In this document: in pieces, positions 62,768 through 64,000 of the stretch | Position numbering within the stretch: the stretch's first letter is position 1 | Layout: every line of letters begins with the position of its first letter | Origin: Octopus vulgaris | Lineage: Eukaryota | Direction: 5' to 3' | NCBI GenBank assembly: GCA_951406725.2 | Contig: OX597816.1 | Location: forward strand, 75,516,001 to 75,580,000 | Length of the DNA: 64,000 nucleotides | The notes under the pieces: generated by a model | The model's input: the letters and a program-made list of their open reading frames with translations, nothing else | Told to the model about the DNA's origin: nothing | Database searches by the model: none | Position numbers and translations under genes: made by a program

Positions 62768-63448
62768 ACTATCTATTTTTTCTATCTTTGATATCATTGT
62801 TTAGAATGTAAACAATGAGATCAAAGTAGAAAAAGTATGAAACACGATGTTAAATGATGATGATGTCCATAATGTGGTTTACCACAAGCCTTCCTTGCCA
62901 GCACTGCTTGAGCAGGGTTTTTTTTTTTATCATAGGTGTCCCACACATAACCATCCTGTCTCGTTAAGAATCTCTGAAACATTATCCATTGTGTTCTTTC
63001 TGCTTTTTCATGTGGTTGGATGTTGATTAACGAAAATTTTGTTGCTCTTTCTTGCAACAGGTTAATAAATATAGATACATGTGAGATATGTAGGAACACT
63101 AATATAATTCTATGTTATATCGTAAGATCATCATCATCATCATTGTCATCGTCATTATTTTATGTTTGACTTTTGCTTTGTATTTGTACAAGTTGGCTCC
63201 AAGTCTCACCCAGAGACCTCAAGAAACAATAAGTTAGAAATTCATGTTGGTGTTATGCCTAGGGTGCCATATATTTGGTTTTGTACATAGTGTTGTTCTA
63301 GAGAATGTTTAAGAAACCATAAGAAAATTATGTTTGTTTCAAAATTTGAGATTACATAGACAGTATTGGGCACTTCCCATGAACACTATCATTTGAATTT
63401 CTGCCATTTTTGGGTTTCCTGGTATCTGAGCTAGGTAGCAATCAGCCA

Positions 63449-63449
63449 T

Positions 63450-63497
<48 letters not shown>

Positions 63498-63538
63498 CAC
63501 CACCGCCGCCACCACCAGCAGGAGGAGGAGGAGGAGGC
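63449..63538 (+). repeat. Compound trinucleotide microsatellite (TAC)n(CAC)n(GAG)n
   Basis: Seen directly; explains the polyL/polyP/polyG ORF at 63410-63607. Confidence 0.95.
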
Positions 63539-64000
63539 AGAATCATTAGCATGTTGGGCATTCTGTCTTTATATTCTGAATTCAAACTCTGCCAAGGTCA
63601 ATTTTAATTTTCAACCTTTTTTTTTGGTGGTGGTGGTGGTGGTGCAATAAGTACCAGTTGAGCTTTTTAGCTTTTCTGTAACTCTCTCTCTTCACTTTCC
63701 TTATCCATTTATCATCTGGGAGTTGCACTCCGCTATTGCTGCTGCTGTTGTTGTTGTTGTCATCATTTGTTTGTTTGTCTGTTTATTTTAAGTAATTATT
63801 GATATCTAAATTCAAATCTTTTCTAATTAACTTTTCTGATAGCATTCTTTTTATATTTGGCAACTACTCATAGTAATGAATCTCGGGCTTGTAATAGCTC
63901 TGGGCTATGTAAGAAACCAGTTTATTAAGTATATAAAAGTTATTTTTATAAGATGGTGAGACTAGTTTTATTTGGTAATAAATCTTGTACTGTTGGAAGG

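Noticed and set aside
63410-63607. PolyL-polyP-polyG ORF resembling a signal peptide
   Set aside because: A compound microsatellite running into a SINE head; no ATG start or splice support.

Overview
AT-rich, repeat-dense animal genomic DNA. The SINE, RTE and microsatellite content suggests a coleoid cephalopod, probably Octopus; this is an inference from repeat families. The only host gene I can support is the 3' part of a + strand mitochondrial folate/FAD carrier (SLC25A32-like). It has five GT-AG exons (6255-6343, 7645-7808, 10755-10868, 23112-23257, 39013-39166) that splice in frame to 221 aa plus stop; the 5' exons lie upstream of the window. Most ORF-track entries are repeat-derived or chance. 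The rest of the window is dead mariners, RTE and other LINE fragments, tRNA-headed SINEs, RTE-derived short elements, hAT and piggyBac MITEs, Helitron-like elements and microsatellites. The most interesting signals are: (1) type I hammerhead ribozyme motifs, two with complete cores (18218-18252 in the sense strand of the carrier intron; 62713-62767) and one decayed inside a tRNA-headed element with an inverted tail; (2) an unusual His-type terminal exon of the carrier, whose CAT codon is one A-to-I edit from the usual Arg; (3) two inverted-repeat pairs bracketing one carrier exon, plus several intronic foldbacks that could be ADAR or back-splicing substrates. None of this was checked against databases.
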